Shown piece by piece: positions 11,040 to 23,638 of a stretch of DNA of 64,000 nt; position 1 is the stretch's first letter, and each line of letters starts with the position of its first letter. The DNA lies in assembly GCF_964204645.1 (NCBI RefSeq), contig NC_134031.1, forward strand, positions 7,378,001-7,442,000, read 5' to 3'. Under the pieces are notes generated by a model. The model saw only the letters and a list, made by a program, of their open reading frames with translations, did not search any database and was not told where the DNA came from. The stretch is from Tubulanus polymorphus (taxonomy: Eukaryota > Animalia > Nemertea). Position numbers and translations under genes: made by a program.

Positions 11040-12299
11040 AGGATCATTCATTTATTACGTACGCATCAAATTTGAATTTTTCAATCTTTTCCCCGTAGGC
11101 AAAATCAGTCATTTTTAGCCCACTTGGGATTTTAGTCCCAGCGGGCTTTTGCGTTCATCTGTCATCCGTCCATTCGTACGTTCGTCCGTAGACGGAATCC
11201 AGTTATTTTGGGAAGTTTTAAGACACTTCAATGTAATGTCTTGATATTTGGGTTACACATGTATCTACCCTAGATACATCTTCAGCCCAAAAACTGGCCT
11301 TGTCAGAATCAAGATGGCCGACTGGCAGCCATTGTTGTTTGCCAAAATCAGCACTTCTTACACGTTTTTGAACTTTTTGAGGGAAATTTTGAAGACGCTT
11401 TGATCAATTACCTTCATCTTTCGTATATATTTGAATCCCCCCAGGGCCCATCAGCGTAACAAAAATTTGGTCGATAGGACTCAGGATGGCCAGCCTATCA
11501 CCTTTTAAGTGCCCAAAAATGTAAATTTTGGCCCGAAGTCCTGTAACTTCCTACTGGTTTGCCATTTCTCATTGCAATTGCTGATGGGTATTCTTTGGAA
11601 AAGGTTGTTTTATACCCAAGACAGGTATTTTTGATCAGCCAATTATGACGCAATTGGCAGCCATCTTGGTGTCATCAGTACACATTCGTAGGTGGGAAAA
11701 AGTTTTTCGACATTATATTGATACCTAAGCATATTTTGTTAAATGAATTAGAAAGATGTAGCTTATAACTTGTTCTATGAGTGTGGTCAGTTTCAAGGTC
11801 ATTGGTTTTTGTATATGGCCACCAGGGGGCGTTGAATAATACAATATCTTAGTATCTCTAAATTATATTTGTACCAATGCATATTTTATTACCACAATCG
11901 ATTGCAAAGTTGTAGCTCATGACATCGTCTATGATTGTGGTGAGTTTTGAGGACATTAGTTATTCTATATGGTCACCAGGGGGCGTTGAATAGTAGAATA
12001 ACTTAGTATTTCCATATTAAATTTGTAACAAGGCATATTTTGTTATCACAATTAATTACAAAATTGTAGCTGCTGACATTTTCTATGATAGTGGTGAATT
12101 TGAAGGTCATTAGTTTTTGTATATGGTTACCAGAGGGCATTGAATATTGAAATTGTTAGATTGTTGAGCATTTGAAACCACTTCCCAAGTGGGCATGGTG
12201 TCCCTGGACCCCTAGTTTCAATACATTAAGCATTACAGTACGCAATTGCACTGACCCCTCCCCCCTACCCTAATGCGTACGTAATAGATGAATGACCCC
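11040..12299. mobile_element. PIF/Harbinger-like MITE (TTA TSD) split by a HINE insertion
   Basis: TIR AGGATCATTCATTTATTACGTACGCAT / ATGCGTACGTAATAGATGAATGACCCC; TTA on both flanks. Confidence 0.75.
11112..12217 (+). mobile_element. HINE family A copy 2 (3 central repeat units)
   Basis: Colinear with 9184-10434; same termini. Confidence 0.88.
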
Positions 12300-12970
12300 T
12301 TATGCTGTTTTTGCATGGGCTAAATCCATTGATTCAATAGCCCCTATAATGCAATCTTCTGGAGTTAGTAGGCCTAACCAAACAGAACGAGGGTTCAGAC
12401 ACCTGAAAAAAAAACATTTCAAGCTTTAAATCTTAAATTTAACCTTGGTACCCAAGAGGCTGAATAATTTCAGCTGTTGAAATATGTTCATCTATGTACA
12501 AGTATGTAGGCCCCTTATCCAAATAAAGTTAGAATTTTAACGTTTAGTACAGTAAATGGAAAAAATTGATTTTTTGAGAAATCTTTCAACCCTAATCTAT
12601 GGATCTTCATCAATAGGCCTATAGGCCCTACTATTGATGCATGCCCGTACGAAGCAAATTTTGGACTTATGTTGTGAACGCTCGCATGTGTAGTATGGCC
12701 TACATTGATTGAGATCCATTGATTTTGGATCAAGAACCATAGTGATTTTCTCGAAAACTGTGTACGGTAAACCTCACCTTACTCAGACATAGCCAACTCG
12801 AACTTCCTAACGTATTTTCCTATCCTTAACTCGTACTTCACTGGCCTCGAACCAATTTTGCCACACCTGACCCAGTTTGTCTGAGTAGTTAGGCAATTTT
12901 CAACGTTCAACATCTAAGCTTAATTTCAGTTTTAGAACTTAAAAAAAAATTCACTCCTATAGTATTTTAG

Positions 12971-13726
12971 ATGGACGAACTGATCGCCTGCTTGATGAAT
13001 GCCTTACTCATCGAAGAAGCTGTGTACAATTACATATTAACAAATTCGCCGGATAAGCTGCGAATAGTTCTCGAAAACAAGTATCTTAGCGTGAACCAGC
13101 CGCTAAATAAATACGGCGGCCATACCGCTTTGCACATCGCGATCATAAAGGGCCGCACGAAATGTGTTAAAACGCTGCTTGATTTCAACAGCGATCCGGT
13201 TGCCGAGGACGACTGCGGAAAAACGCCGTTGGAGCTGGCGTTCACGTATTGTCGCGCGGAATGCCTAGAATTGTTGCTCGGACAACATCACATGCGACCG
13301 GACAGTCTCTGGGAGATGGCTGATCTGATTCAGAATCGTCGATCGCCACCGTGTGTGAAGACGTCGTTACCGATTCTGGGCTGTATCATCAAAGGCACGC
13401 CGGTGATGTCGCGTAGTCAGTGGCAAGACCTAAAAAATCATTTATTACTTTTCGACAACGCAGACGCGATGGACATTTTAAAACTGGCGATAGTCTGCGG
13501 ACATCGAAGTCGCGATTTTTTCAAAACGCACATTTCTGATCTTCCGGCCGAGTTTCAGGCGTGGTTTGCGAAGTTTCGTAGTACGCCTCAGTTGTTAATG
13601 CAGTTATGTAATTCGGCGATACGGCGCAGTTTGACGGGTACAACTGTGTACCGCGCTACAGCATTTCTTCCGATACCAGACCGCATGAAAAGTTACTTAA
13701 TAAGACCTGAAATATTTTTGGAATGA
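12971..13726 (+). CDS. Ankyrin repeat and SOCS box-containing (ASB-like) protein, 251 aa, single coding exon
   Basis: Ankyrin motifs GHTALHIAIIKGRTKCVKTLL and GKTPLELAFTYCRAECLELLL; C-terminal SOCS box PQLLMQLCNSAIRRSL...LPIPDRMKSYL. TTTTAG directly before the ATG suggests an upstream intron. Confidence 0.88.
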   Translation: MDELIACLMNALLIEEAVYNYILTNSPDKLRIVLENKYLSVNQPLNKYGGHTALHIAIIKGRTKCVKTLLDFNSDPVAEDDCGKTPLELAFTYCRAECLELLLGQHHMRPDSLWEMADLIQNRRSPPCVKTSLPILGCIIKGTPVMSRSQWQDLKNHLLLFDNADAMDILKLAIVCGHRSRDFFKTHISDLPAEFQAWFAKFRSTPQLLMQLCNSAIRRSLTGTTVYRATAFLPIPDRMKSYLIRPEIFLE

Positions 13727-15362
13727 CGGTTTCACTAAATATCGGTAATGGCCTGAAATGTACAATTTCCGTGTCGCAAGTAAGTATCCACCAGGTTCAC
13801 TAGTAAGCAGTAGGACATGAAGTGCTGTTGTAACCGATGACTCCACTTGTGACTTGGAAGTGGGCATCCACCAGGTGCACTAGTGTGCAGTAGGACATGA
13901 ACTGATGTCATAATCAAGGATTCCACTTGTTGCAAGTGAGTTTCCACTGATGCCCTAGGCATGGCATAGGACATTGAACTGCTGATATAATCAAGGATTC
14001 CCTTTTGAGTTGATGATGCTTTATTTTATTGAAAATTTGTGCATGACATTGGAGGACTGGGATCTGAGTTAAAACTGATTTTAACTCGAGAACTAACTCA
14101 AACTAACTGCTGTGGAAGTGGTTCCTGATATTTTAAGATATTATGAATATTCTGTTAAACTGATGATCTATGGGACTTCCATGAAGATTTTCCGCCGCAA
14201 AACTATGGTCACACTCTTCAAAGAAAAATCTGCCATAGAGTATTAAACATTGTTAAAAAGATGAAGCCTTAAAATTTAGACTTAAAGGCATCACAGTAAG
14301 GCAAGGTTTCTAGGGAGATAACATCAATTAAAGTGATAAAATATCAATGTAATTAAGTGGCATTTTCAACTCTAGTCAGTGGTTCAGTGTAGCTCATAGT
14401 CATAGATTTATTCAGATTTACATCTGTAGACACCTTTTATGTCTCAAGGGGGTTAGGGATGGGGTTTTTGGTAGATTCCTCCCAACTTAAATCTGCTCAA
14501 AGCTCAATTATTTCTCAAGAGTTGTCACATACTCTTATGATATGATATCAATTAGATATTCATATTGTCTAATTTGAATTATTGCCTAAAATAAATCTCT
14601 TTTCCCGACTGATTTGAGTTAGGAGGAGTCTACTGTAGGTATTGGTGTAATATACTGTAATATTGGTGGAAAATTATCTATACGTTTCTTTACAAGGTAT
14701 TATCTCCATCTTTTAACTCAATGATACATTGGCTAATCTTATCTAAGTACTCCGATTCATCAGGATACAAAAGTCCATACGAGTCATCAGCTGGGTATCT
14801 GGTGGCATCACTAGCCCTCTAAAAGCTTGAACATAATGAAAAGTCTTTAAAAATGTTTCAGCAGTACCTATTAAATATCGTATCATGGTGCCCCAATAAC
14901 AAAAAAGTACGCTGACCTGCAAATTAGGCTGCGTATCAAATATGATACATTAGGGCATTAATTGAAAAAACTTGACCAAAAGAAAATTTATCTAAGCATC
15001 AAAAATCATCTTTATTTCACTTACATGTTTTTGCAAGAGTCTTTGGCTTAGAAAAATTGCATTGAATTGGTTGTAGGTGGCAGTGTTAGATTTGATTATA
15101 TCTATGAAATGACCATTGCACAATTTCATGGAGGCAGTCATCTTTTTTTCATGGTACTAAGTTCTAACACTTCCTAGGTATCATAATAAATCATACATCC
15201 ATTGAAGTTGGAAAATGTCACGTCATTTCAGCGGTGAGCTCCAATGCTCAATATATTTTTGATAATACGGGCAGCTTTAGAGGGCTAGCATTAAAACTTA
15301 AGAATATTTGCATGTGCAAATTATGCAGTACCACTATTTGCCCAGTGCTCATAACTTTAGGC

Positions 15363-15424
15363 ATTCGGTGGTCTAGTGGTATTATGCTGCGCTAGTAATT
15401 AACTGGCCCGGGTTTGAGTCTCGC
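15363..15424 (+). mobile_element. tRNA-derived SINE head / tRNA pseudogene
   Basis: A box TGGTCTAGTGG and degenerate B box GGTTTGAGTC; homologous copy on minus strand at about 40696-40756. Confidence 0.55.
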
Positions 15425-15734
15425 TCTATCCGCTCTATTTTCTCTAACTCTGTTCTCCACACTTGCCTTGAATTTTCTAAGTCGCACACCCTACTGCGCA
15501 TGCACCACGTGAATTAGCCAATCAGAATGAAACGTCGTAAATATAGCTAGTGTCGTCCGTTTACGGCATCGTAAAAATAGCCTGAGCGTTCATTATAGAC
15601 ATTCATTTCAATCAATGCACAAGCTCTTAATTGTCTGAATTGAAATGAGTTGTGCTCAACTTCTGTAAAACGATATAAGACTTACTTATAAAAATCTGTT
15701 GTAGACCATCAAATCTGTATTCTGTTGCCTGTCG

Positions 15735-17100
15735 TCTGTCGTTCAATCGAGCATGTCGATAAGATTTTCAAATCCAATAATCGGGAACAAAGTTGCGATA
15801 ACAACAAAACCCATCATTTATTTCATCCAGCATTTGAAGATGAGTCTTAGTGTAGACTTGAAACTCGATCCTGATCCTGATCAAGTGAGTTTGATTGTAC
15901 ATGTATTTGATACCTTGCCGATATTGGTGAGGCATATAATTGGGTTCATAAAATGTTCATAAACAACAAAATAGTTTTATTTTTTGTCTAACTAATGAAC
16001 GAGCCTTTTTCAACTTCCTGGCAATGGGCTTGATGTAGTCTGTGTATCGGTTTATTGGCCTCAACAGACTAACTGTGGTTTCTTTCTGCTGATAGTTTTA
16101 TCTTCAACGCTTTCTATTTTCATTGTTAATTTGTAATGTATTTTTGAACTAATGTTAGTGCCAAAGTTTTTTTTTTCTTTTGAATTTTAAGGTTGGCATA
16201 TTTTTATGAATATTTTAATCTGAAATGGCAGTATTTTCGTTCAATCAAGTATGTCGATAGATTTTCAAATCCAATTATCGGGAACGCAGTTGTGATATGA
16301 ACAAGACCCATCATTTATTAGATCCAGCATTTGAAGATGACTTGATGTAGACTCGAAGAAACTCATTGGATCGTATTGATATTTACAGTAGACCTCACAT
16401 AGTTTGGATCAGTTATGGGGACTTACGATATCGATCACGTTTATCAGAAATCTGAATTAAACGTATTTTGCATACAATAGCAAAATCTGGATGAAACTGA
16501 TCCTGATCACGCGAGTTTTGATTGTATTTGATTGTGGGTTTTTTTTCTATTAAGCTTGTCGATATTGGTGATGCTTATGATTGGGTTCATAAACAACAAA
16601 AATTCCTGGCAATGGTATATTGTCCTCAACCAGTGGCGGACTTACCCTACCGCACTTGCCGCTAATGCGGTAGTCAACATTTATCCTCTAACAACATTTT
16701 ATTTATTTCATGGATGGATTTGACTTAGCTGATTCCTTGGAAAAAAGTACCCATATTAAAATAGGATTTTTCTCTTCCAAAACCCAGGAAATGTCATCTC
16801 AGCCCTTTAAATTTTTCAAAATTTTCTGGGGGAGGACCCCCCCATAGTGCCTTCTGCACTCGGGTGCCGAAATGCGGTAGTCATATTATGCCTCTGGATC
16901 CGCCACTGTCAACAGACTTACTGCGGTTCCTTTCTGCTAACAGTTTTATCTTCAACGCTTTCTATTTTCAATTTTACTTTCTATTTTGTAAATTTGTAAT
17001 GTATTTTTGAACTACCGTTAGTGCCAAAGTTGTTTTTTTTTTCTTTTGAATTTTTATGTAGGCATATTTTTATGAATATTTTAATCTGAAATGGCAGTAT
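15735..17100 (+). repeat. Local tandem duplication (about 500-bp unit); second copy carries a MITE
   Basis: GTTCAATC..ATGTCGATA(A)GATTTTCAAATCCAAT at about 15740 and 16240. Both copies end in TTTTAATCTGAAATGGCAGTATT (about 16236 and 17100). Confidence 0.8.
16631..16908. mobile_element. hAT-like MITE with 5-bp TSD (hAT5-type)
   Basis: TIR CAGTGGCGGA / TCCGCCACTG; TSD TCAAC, confirmed by the empty site CCTCAACAGACT at about 16059-16070 in the paralogous copy. Confidence 0.85.
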
Positions 17101-18439
17101 TATGTAATATATTTATGGTAATTAACTGTATTCTTTTACGTATATGTGCATGAGGGGATGGGGTATTAAATAGAATAGTGGAAAAAAGCACAAACTAACT
17201 ATATTATACAGACTAATTAACCATTAACTTCAAGTCTGTATATTTTATGACAGTCTTTTTGTAGTGACTTACATTTTCCATGACCTTCATAACTTGTTGA
17301 CATGTACTCCAGACCTACCCAAGTCAATATTTGAACCATGAAAATCTGTCCAGGTTGTTTGATCCAACTATAGAGCTGAACCTACTGTAATAGCTGTAAT
17401 GGATGATGACCATGTTCACTTTTTACAAAATGGAAGTAATTGATAAGATGATTTGAACAACCTACAGTATAACTCTTTTTAATTCAGATTTGCACTTTTT
17501 TCAAACTTGAATTCCAGTTGCCTCTAGGTTAATTTTATTCAAATGAGAGCAGATAATTCAGATATCGTTTAATTAGTCCCAGGTGATCTGAATTAAGCGA
17601 GTTCTGCTATATCTTAATTTTCCCTGGTGATTGCGACAATTCAGTGTTGTGATACTGATGATTATTTTATACTTTTTGATGCATTTCTTATGTTATGCCT
17701 ATCTAAGAAATCAATTCAATACAGTAGACTCGGCATGGATCTAACTGGATTAGTAGATTTTCTCCGAGGCAAGCGTATTCTTGGGTTTAGTCATGGGTTG
17801 CCATGAAATGAATTAGAGTAGGAAATTGACCACGATCCACGATTTGTTTTCTATTCTGGTTGTTGAAACTTCACATCTGAAGATTGTTTTACTCAGGGGC
17901 GAAACCAGCCTGCCTTGCTGAGTATGACTTTTGTAATTGAGTATGAGTTTTAAATTTTGATCATAATCCTCGAAACTCACTGACTGTTACAGCAGCTGTG
18001 GCACTGGGAAGAAAATTAAGTAAATATTAATAAGGACATGGGGAGAAGCATTCTCTCACTTAGTGACATTTATTTTGTAATTGAAAAAACAATGCGTTAA
18101 AGCAAGGCATCCAACATGTAAAACGAAAAATATTGGATATTACATGGATGAAATGGAGTGCTGCTCAAGCGTCATCAGCGGTAGACTACTACTGCCCACT
18201 AGAAGTGGATCATGTATTACTTTCACTTGAGTTCCAATCAGTGATATACATTATATGTGTACAAAGATTTGTAAAACTACAGGGAAAATATTATTTTATC
18301 TTTTATCGTCATTTGTTTTGCGGAATGTGATTTTGTTCTGTTGAGTTGTTTCTAGTTGTTGGTTGAATTTTGCAAAGGGTATTCGTCAGATTTGGGCATT
18401 AGATTTTCATTGGATTTTTAAATCATTTTTAACGCACTA

Positions 18440-18880
18440 AGGGCGTAGGTTCAGTGGATATTGCTTTCACTTTTCATCCGTCCATTTGTTGTTCTGTAGA
18501 CGGAATCAAGTTATTTTGGGCTGTTTTCAACACACTTTGTTGTATTGTCTTTCTGGATTGAGACACATATGCAGCACAAAATTTGGCCCAGTCAAAATCA
18601 TGGTGACTGAAATAATTTTTTTTGGGTATAATTTTACCAGGGGTCATTGGATAGTGAAATCATAGTGAACGTTATTGACATTTACGTTTATTGGCACCTG
18701 GTATCCATATTTTGTAACCAAAATGAATTTCAAAGTTTTAGCATAGGATATGTAGTTACTGTACATCGTAGTAATGTCATTGGTTTCGTACAAACGAGAA
18801 AAGGCTTTGAATACTGAAATTATCAGATCGTCGAGCATTTCAGACCACTTGCCAAGTGGGGATGACTAGGCCCCTAGTTT
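18440..18880 (+). mobile_element. Degenerate, internally deleted HINE family A-related copy
   Basis: CACTTTTCATCCGTCC..GTAGACGGAATC..GTTATTTTGGG at the 5' side; CCACTTGCCAAGTGGG..CCCCTAGTT at the 3' side. Confidence 0.65.
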
Positions 18881-19322
18881 ATTCCTATTCATTTAAGATG
18901 GTCCATCATGGGTTCCAGTAGTCATTTAAGTTGCATTGATGCATTTATATATCTAGCTTCTACGCTTTCACATTTCACTTCCTTTTTAGTTGTGGCATAG
19001 AAATTGCTAATGATCGCTTTAACATGATCGCTTTGGACTTAAGATGTAAAATCTGCTGGTATATTTTGATTTATTGTGTTATGTGTCCATATACATGTAT
19101 ACAGTTTTAAGAACTGAAATATTGCCTCGATATTTTGTTTTGTTTGAAATATTGTGTACAAAAGGGGGAGAGGTCATTTCCCATACAAACATAACATTTA
19201 AAATGCTTTTTGCATACCCAGCGAACTTTTCACATGATATTTTCTATATTAGACAAACTAGGCTCATATAGAACGGGGTTTATGTTTGGTGTATAAAATT
19301 CTATAGATAATCCGGGATGGGC

Positions 19323-19659
19323 CATCCTCCCTCGGCAGGGATTCGAACACGATGGCATCGAGATTGCCGCGGTACGAAGCCTTGCCACACTAGACCGAGT
19401 GCGCAGCTGCACGCGCAGATTAGGTGATGTCATTATCAGCCAATCAGATATCCTGTTTTATTTTAGCCTCGGTTTTCCCGTTTATAGTTCTTCCGTGAAA
19501 TTTACCTCAGCGATTATACGAGCAATCTGATTGGTGCCACAAGATTTCGTGCGGCAAAGCTGCACATGTACCTGCGCACCCGGTCTATTGTGGCAGGGGT
19601 TCGTGCCGAAGCTGAGTGTAGCCATGCCATCGGGTTCGAATCCCTGCTGAGGGAGGATG
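19323..19659. mobile_element. Non-autonomous DNA transposon, CA..TG termini, 9-bp TSD (AcademH- or MuDR-like)
   Basis: TIR CATCCTCCCTCGGCAGGGATTCGAAC / GTTCGAATCCCTGCTGAGGGAGGATG; TSD GGGATGGGC at 19314-19322 and 19660-19668. Confidence 0.85.
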
Positions 19660-20331
19660 GGGATGGGCAGGCAGCTAAGCGCTTTCATGACATTGATGAA
19701 AAGTTTTTGGTGATATTCTTGAATGCGTCGATATTATTTTCTTTTCCCTGTTCTAGATAATGTAGATTTTATTGATTTAAAAGTACATTTTGTAGGGAGG
19801 TGGTTGTAAAAATGCAACTTAATTAATTACAATAGAACCTTGTAATAATGACCTCAGATATAACGATAATCGGTTATTACAAACGTAGAATTTCATCCGA
19901 ATTTCCACAATCTTATAATAGATATAGCAAACTATCGGTTATAATGAAGATCTGGTCCGGCAGTTCAATCGTTGTATTACCAGGTTCCACCGTATATTTT
20001 CTTTTATTTGATTTTAATACACGTAATGTTTTAAAACAGAACTAGATTTTTATTTGTCTTGATGGCAAAACCGCCACTTCATCCTTAATTTCTAATTACG
20101 TTTATGTTTTCGTCCTATGCAAAACGTGGCATATTTGAATTTATTGTCAATAGATAATTATAATTACGAAAGCTTATATTTATATATCAGTGCTGATGCT
20201 TCATATTCCGGAAAATAAAGCTATCAGGGTTTTCTGACCTTTGATAGAAAACCCTATTGTAATTCCTTCTTCGTGTACAAATGTTTTTTTTTTTCAATTC
20301 CACGTTCTGTACTGAAATGTGTATATCGCTG

Positions 20332-21843
20332 TAGGGTCTGAAACATGGCCCCGGCCCCGGCCGCGGCCGCGGCCACACGTCTGAAACACGGTCCCGGCCC
20401 CAGTCCCGGCCGCGGCCGCACACGTCTTAAACACGGCCGCGGCCGCTCTTTTTTTTCGTTTAAATGGTCAAATTAAAGAAAAAAGAGATTTTCTACTATC
20501 TATCTATCTCTCTCTATATAGACTATTTTACTTTTGAACGGTTAAGCTTCAATCGACTCTGTCATTTTGGCCCAAACCAGATGCCTATCTATCTACCCTT
20601 TTGCTTTGCGAGGAGCTATAATCAAATTTTGATAAAATAATACATTTAGTTAGTACGAATTTTTTTATGTAGTGGCTATAATATCAGTGGGAAGGCAGGA
20701 ATCTGGGCCCCAAGACCACCCCCTAAATCTGCCACTGGAAAAAAGGTTTCATGGAGAATCAGAGGACACTATAGACAAGAGGCTATATATTGACATAACA
20801 TGCTAAACCTAAGATCCATAAACTTAAGATCCCCAAGGGCCTATAGTTATTTTATCATACTTGAATGAATCCTTAATATTACGTTTGCCAGACTGGCGGA
20901 GATGTTTTGCAGTCTTTTGGGTTTGTTTGCGTGAAAGTAAGATTTTAGCAAAATCACCCTAAAAGGTTTGAATGCATTTCTCTGAAATGTTTTCATAGTT
21001 TACAAATTAGCAAGTCGCCTTAAAATCAAGATTGTTGATTTTCTCTAAAGTTAGTTTTATCTATTTCCAGGTGACCACTCTTGATTCGCCAAGACAACAG
21101 TCTCTTTTAATCGATTTTATTCAACTAAGAAACCCCTGAGATAACGCTCCGCGTTATAGCATTACAAGTTCCACACGTAATTTACAGGCTCCTTTCATTA
21201 ATTTTTCAAATTTTGTATGCATACATGCAGTATTTATGTTAATCTGACCATGGTAGTTGACAGACCGCACGAAGAAGCGACTCAATATTTCAGGGGCCTT
21301 AGGCTTTTTTTTTGGTTCTTAGGTTAAGTAAAGACCTGCATTGAGAGTGCATTACTTTGTGCCAACAAATCAACTTTTCTACCTTAAATGTATCACCCAC
21401 ACAATACCCGAAAAGCTCGTATGGATAATTTACTTTGGGGAAACTGAGTTATTTACCTCCTTCGACTGGTGATTCTATTATTTGGGTGAGAGTATGTTTT
21501 GTTGCCTGTTTTTTGTTGTTGTTCAATATTATGTATTGATCACTAGTTGATCATTGTGGGATAAAATGCACACTATTGTTTGTTTGTCCATTTTCTGAAA
21601 ATCATAGCAGATAGGCATCTGGTTTGGGGCAAAATGACAGAGTCGATTGAAGCTTAAACCGTTCAAAGTTGAAAAAGTCTATATTTGGACTTTTGATAGA
21701 TAGTAGAAAATCTCTTTTTTCTTTCATTTGACCATTTAAATGAAAACAAAGAGCGGCCGCGGCCGTGTTTAAGACGTGTGCGGCCGAGACCGTGTTTAAG
21801 ACGTGTGGCCGCGGCCGGGGCCGGGGCCGTGTTTCAGACCCTA
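20332..21843. mobile_element. 1.5-kb non-autonomous TIR element with long (about 250-bp) TIRs rich in GGCCGCGGCC
   Basis: TAGGGTCTGAAACA(T/C)GGCCCCGGCCCCGGCCGCGGCC at the left end and its reverse complement ending at 21843. Complementarity extends to CCAGATGCCTATCT (about 20590 / 21610). TSD unclear. Confidence 0.88.
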
Positions 21844-21984
21844 CCGTATATCGCGAGGTAATTTCTACGAATCATCGCCATAGAATCGCTCTGTGTGTTG
21901 TTACATCGTGTGAAAAAATGTTTTTTCCGTGCCGTGTGCGTTGGAGGCAAATCACAATTAAAACACCGAACTGGAAAACGTTTT

Positions 21985-22248
21985 TCACGAGCAAAAAACG
22001 TTTTTCGCGAAACAAGCACTGCTTGATTTGCGAAAAACTTTTTTGTAGTTGAATTGCCTTATGCCCCTTCCAATCCAGGAACGCTGCCACACACGTCGAT
22101 TGATACTTCTACGCCGTCGATTTCGCAAAATTAACAATATTGCTAATAAAATCTTTCGCTGTCGCGTGGACGCCTTGTGGAAAACCAGGCTCAATCGGAA
22201 AATATCTAATCCGCAAAATGATGAAATAAAGGGAATCATCGAGTCCAA
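21985..22248 (-). pseudogene. Possible N-terminal fragment of a PIF/Harbinger transposase
   Basis: ILLAILLILRNRRRRSINRRVWQRSWI resembles the hydrophobic + poly-Arg + W-x-R-x-W leader of Harbinger transposases; no DDE region follows. Confidence 0.35.
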
Positions 22249-23143
22249 CGTTTGTCATTTTGTGTTTTATTGCACCACCATCCCTCGTATAAATAAGACT
22301 CAATTTAATATGAAAGCTATTTTGGGCGGGCATAGATGTTTCTTAACAATCCTGTGCCATTTCGGATTTTCTAACTTTTTCTTAACTGGATTTTTGTCCA
22401 GAATGGTCCCTTAATCCGACGTATGAGACTTCAGTTTGCGTTCTTATACAAAATGAATAAATAACATTCAAAAAATTAGATTTTACTATCATTGTTTCAT
22501 TTATTGCTCGAAATACATCTGCACAGATCAGAGACTTTATATAATTAGTTTTCATTTATTTGTTTATTTTCATTATTTCAGTATATGGTTCGGTTGTTTC
22601 AATTCAGCTATTTTTTCGGCTGGAAACGACTGTTGTTTGGGTTCAACTGTTGACCGTGATTGTCAAGATCTGTCTTTGTCCCGGTTCCTGGGTATCCTTT
22701 CTCATGGCCGCCATAGACTGAACTATTCGGATTCATCACGTTGGACCTGTTATCGGCGTTTGACTTTTCCTGATCACTTGACAACGATCCTGAAGGGTAA
22801 TATATGATAGCGTGGAATTACAATTTATATACATTATGAAGACTCGCCACACATTCACATTACACAGGATTGACCAGTTTTATTTGACTTGCTTTTTCCC
22901 CTGCCTATTCCCTGACGCGTGTTGTTTTTCCCTGACTTGATCCGTGAAGAATCCAATCAATTCACACGGTCATCAAATTCGTACAACATCGACAAAAAAC
23001 ATTTAGTTTTACGCGCAATCTAGCAATCTCAACAAATTTCCCAAATCTCAACAATTTTTAGGATTTTTACAAAATTCCTTGACTTTTTTAAAAGAAAAAA
23101 TCCCTGACTTTTACCTACTCTCCATTGAGTTGAGATAATAATA

Positions 23144-23338
23144 CCACGTAATGGGGATTCCCAATTTTGCGTATAACAAACGCCACGTATCGGGGATTCC
23201 CAATTTCGCGTATATCAAATGCCACGTATTGGGGATTCCAAATTTCACGTATAACAAACACCACGTATTGGGGATTCCCAATTTCGCGTATATCAAATAC
23301 CATGTATTGGGGATTCCCAATTTCGCGTACAACAAATA
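23144..23338. repeat. 39-bp minisatellite, 5 units, each containing GGGGATTCC(C)
   Basis: Unit CCACGTATTGGGGATTCCCAATTTCGCGTATATCAAAT(G/A). Confidence 0.93.
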
Positions 23339-23581
23339 CTAGATCAGTTAGAAAGATACCATTTCAAAATTCACTTAAATAATACCGAATTTATAAAACG
23401 TTGAGACAGATAGTTCTAGATTAATTAGTTCATTTATGATATGAATGAGGTTTCGCTAAGTAGGCCTAGCTAAATGAGTGATTCAGAAGCGACTATACAT
23501 CTTAAACTAATTATCCTATAAAAGTACCCTCCCTCACTCCAGGAATTCCGTAAAAATATATTATGGGCCTATTCAAGATTT

Positions 23582-23638
23582 TACGGAAGCCCCTAGGTGA
23601 CATACAAGATGATCTTTTCACAATTTCGGGCTTCCGTA
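23582..23638. mobile_element. 57-bp TIR-only remnant with TAC..GTA (IS3EU-type) ends
   Basis: TACGGAAGCCC ... GGGCTTCCGTA, a perfect 11-bp inverted repeat; no TSD visible. Confidence 0.5.
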
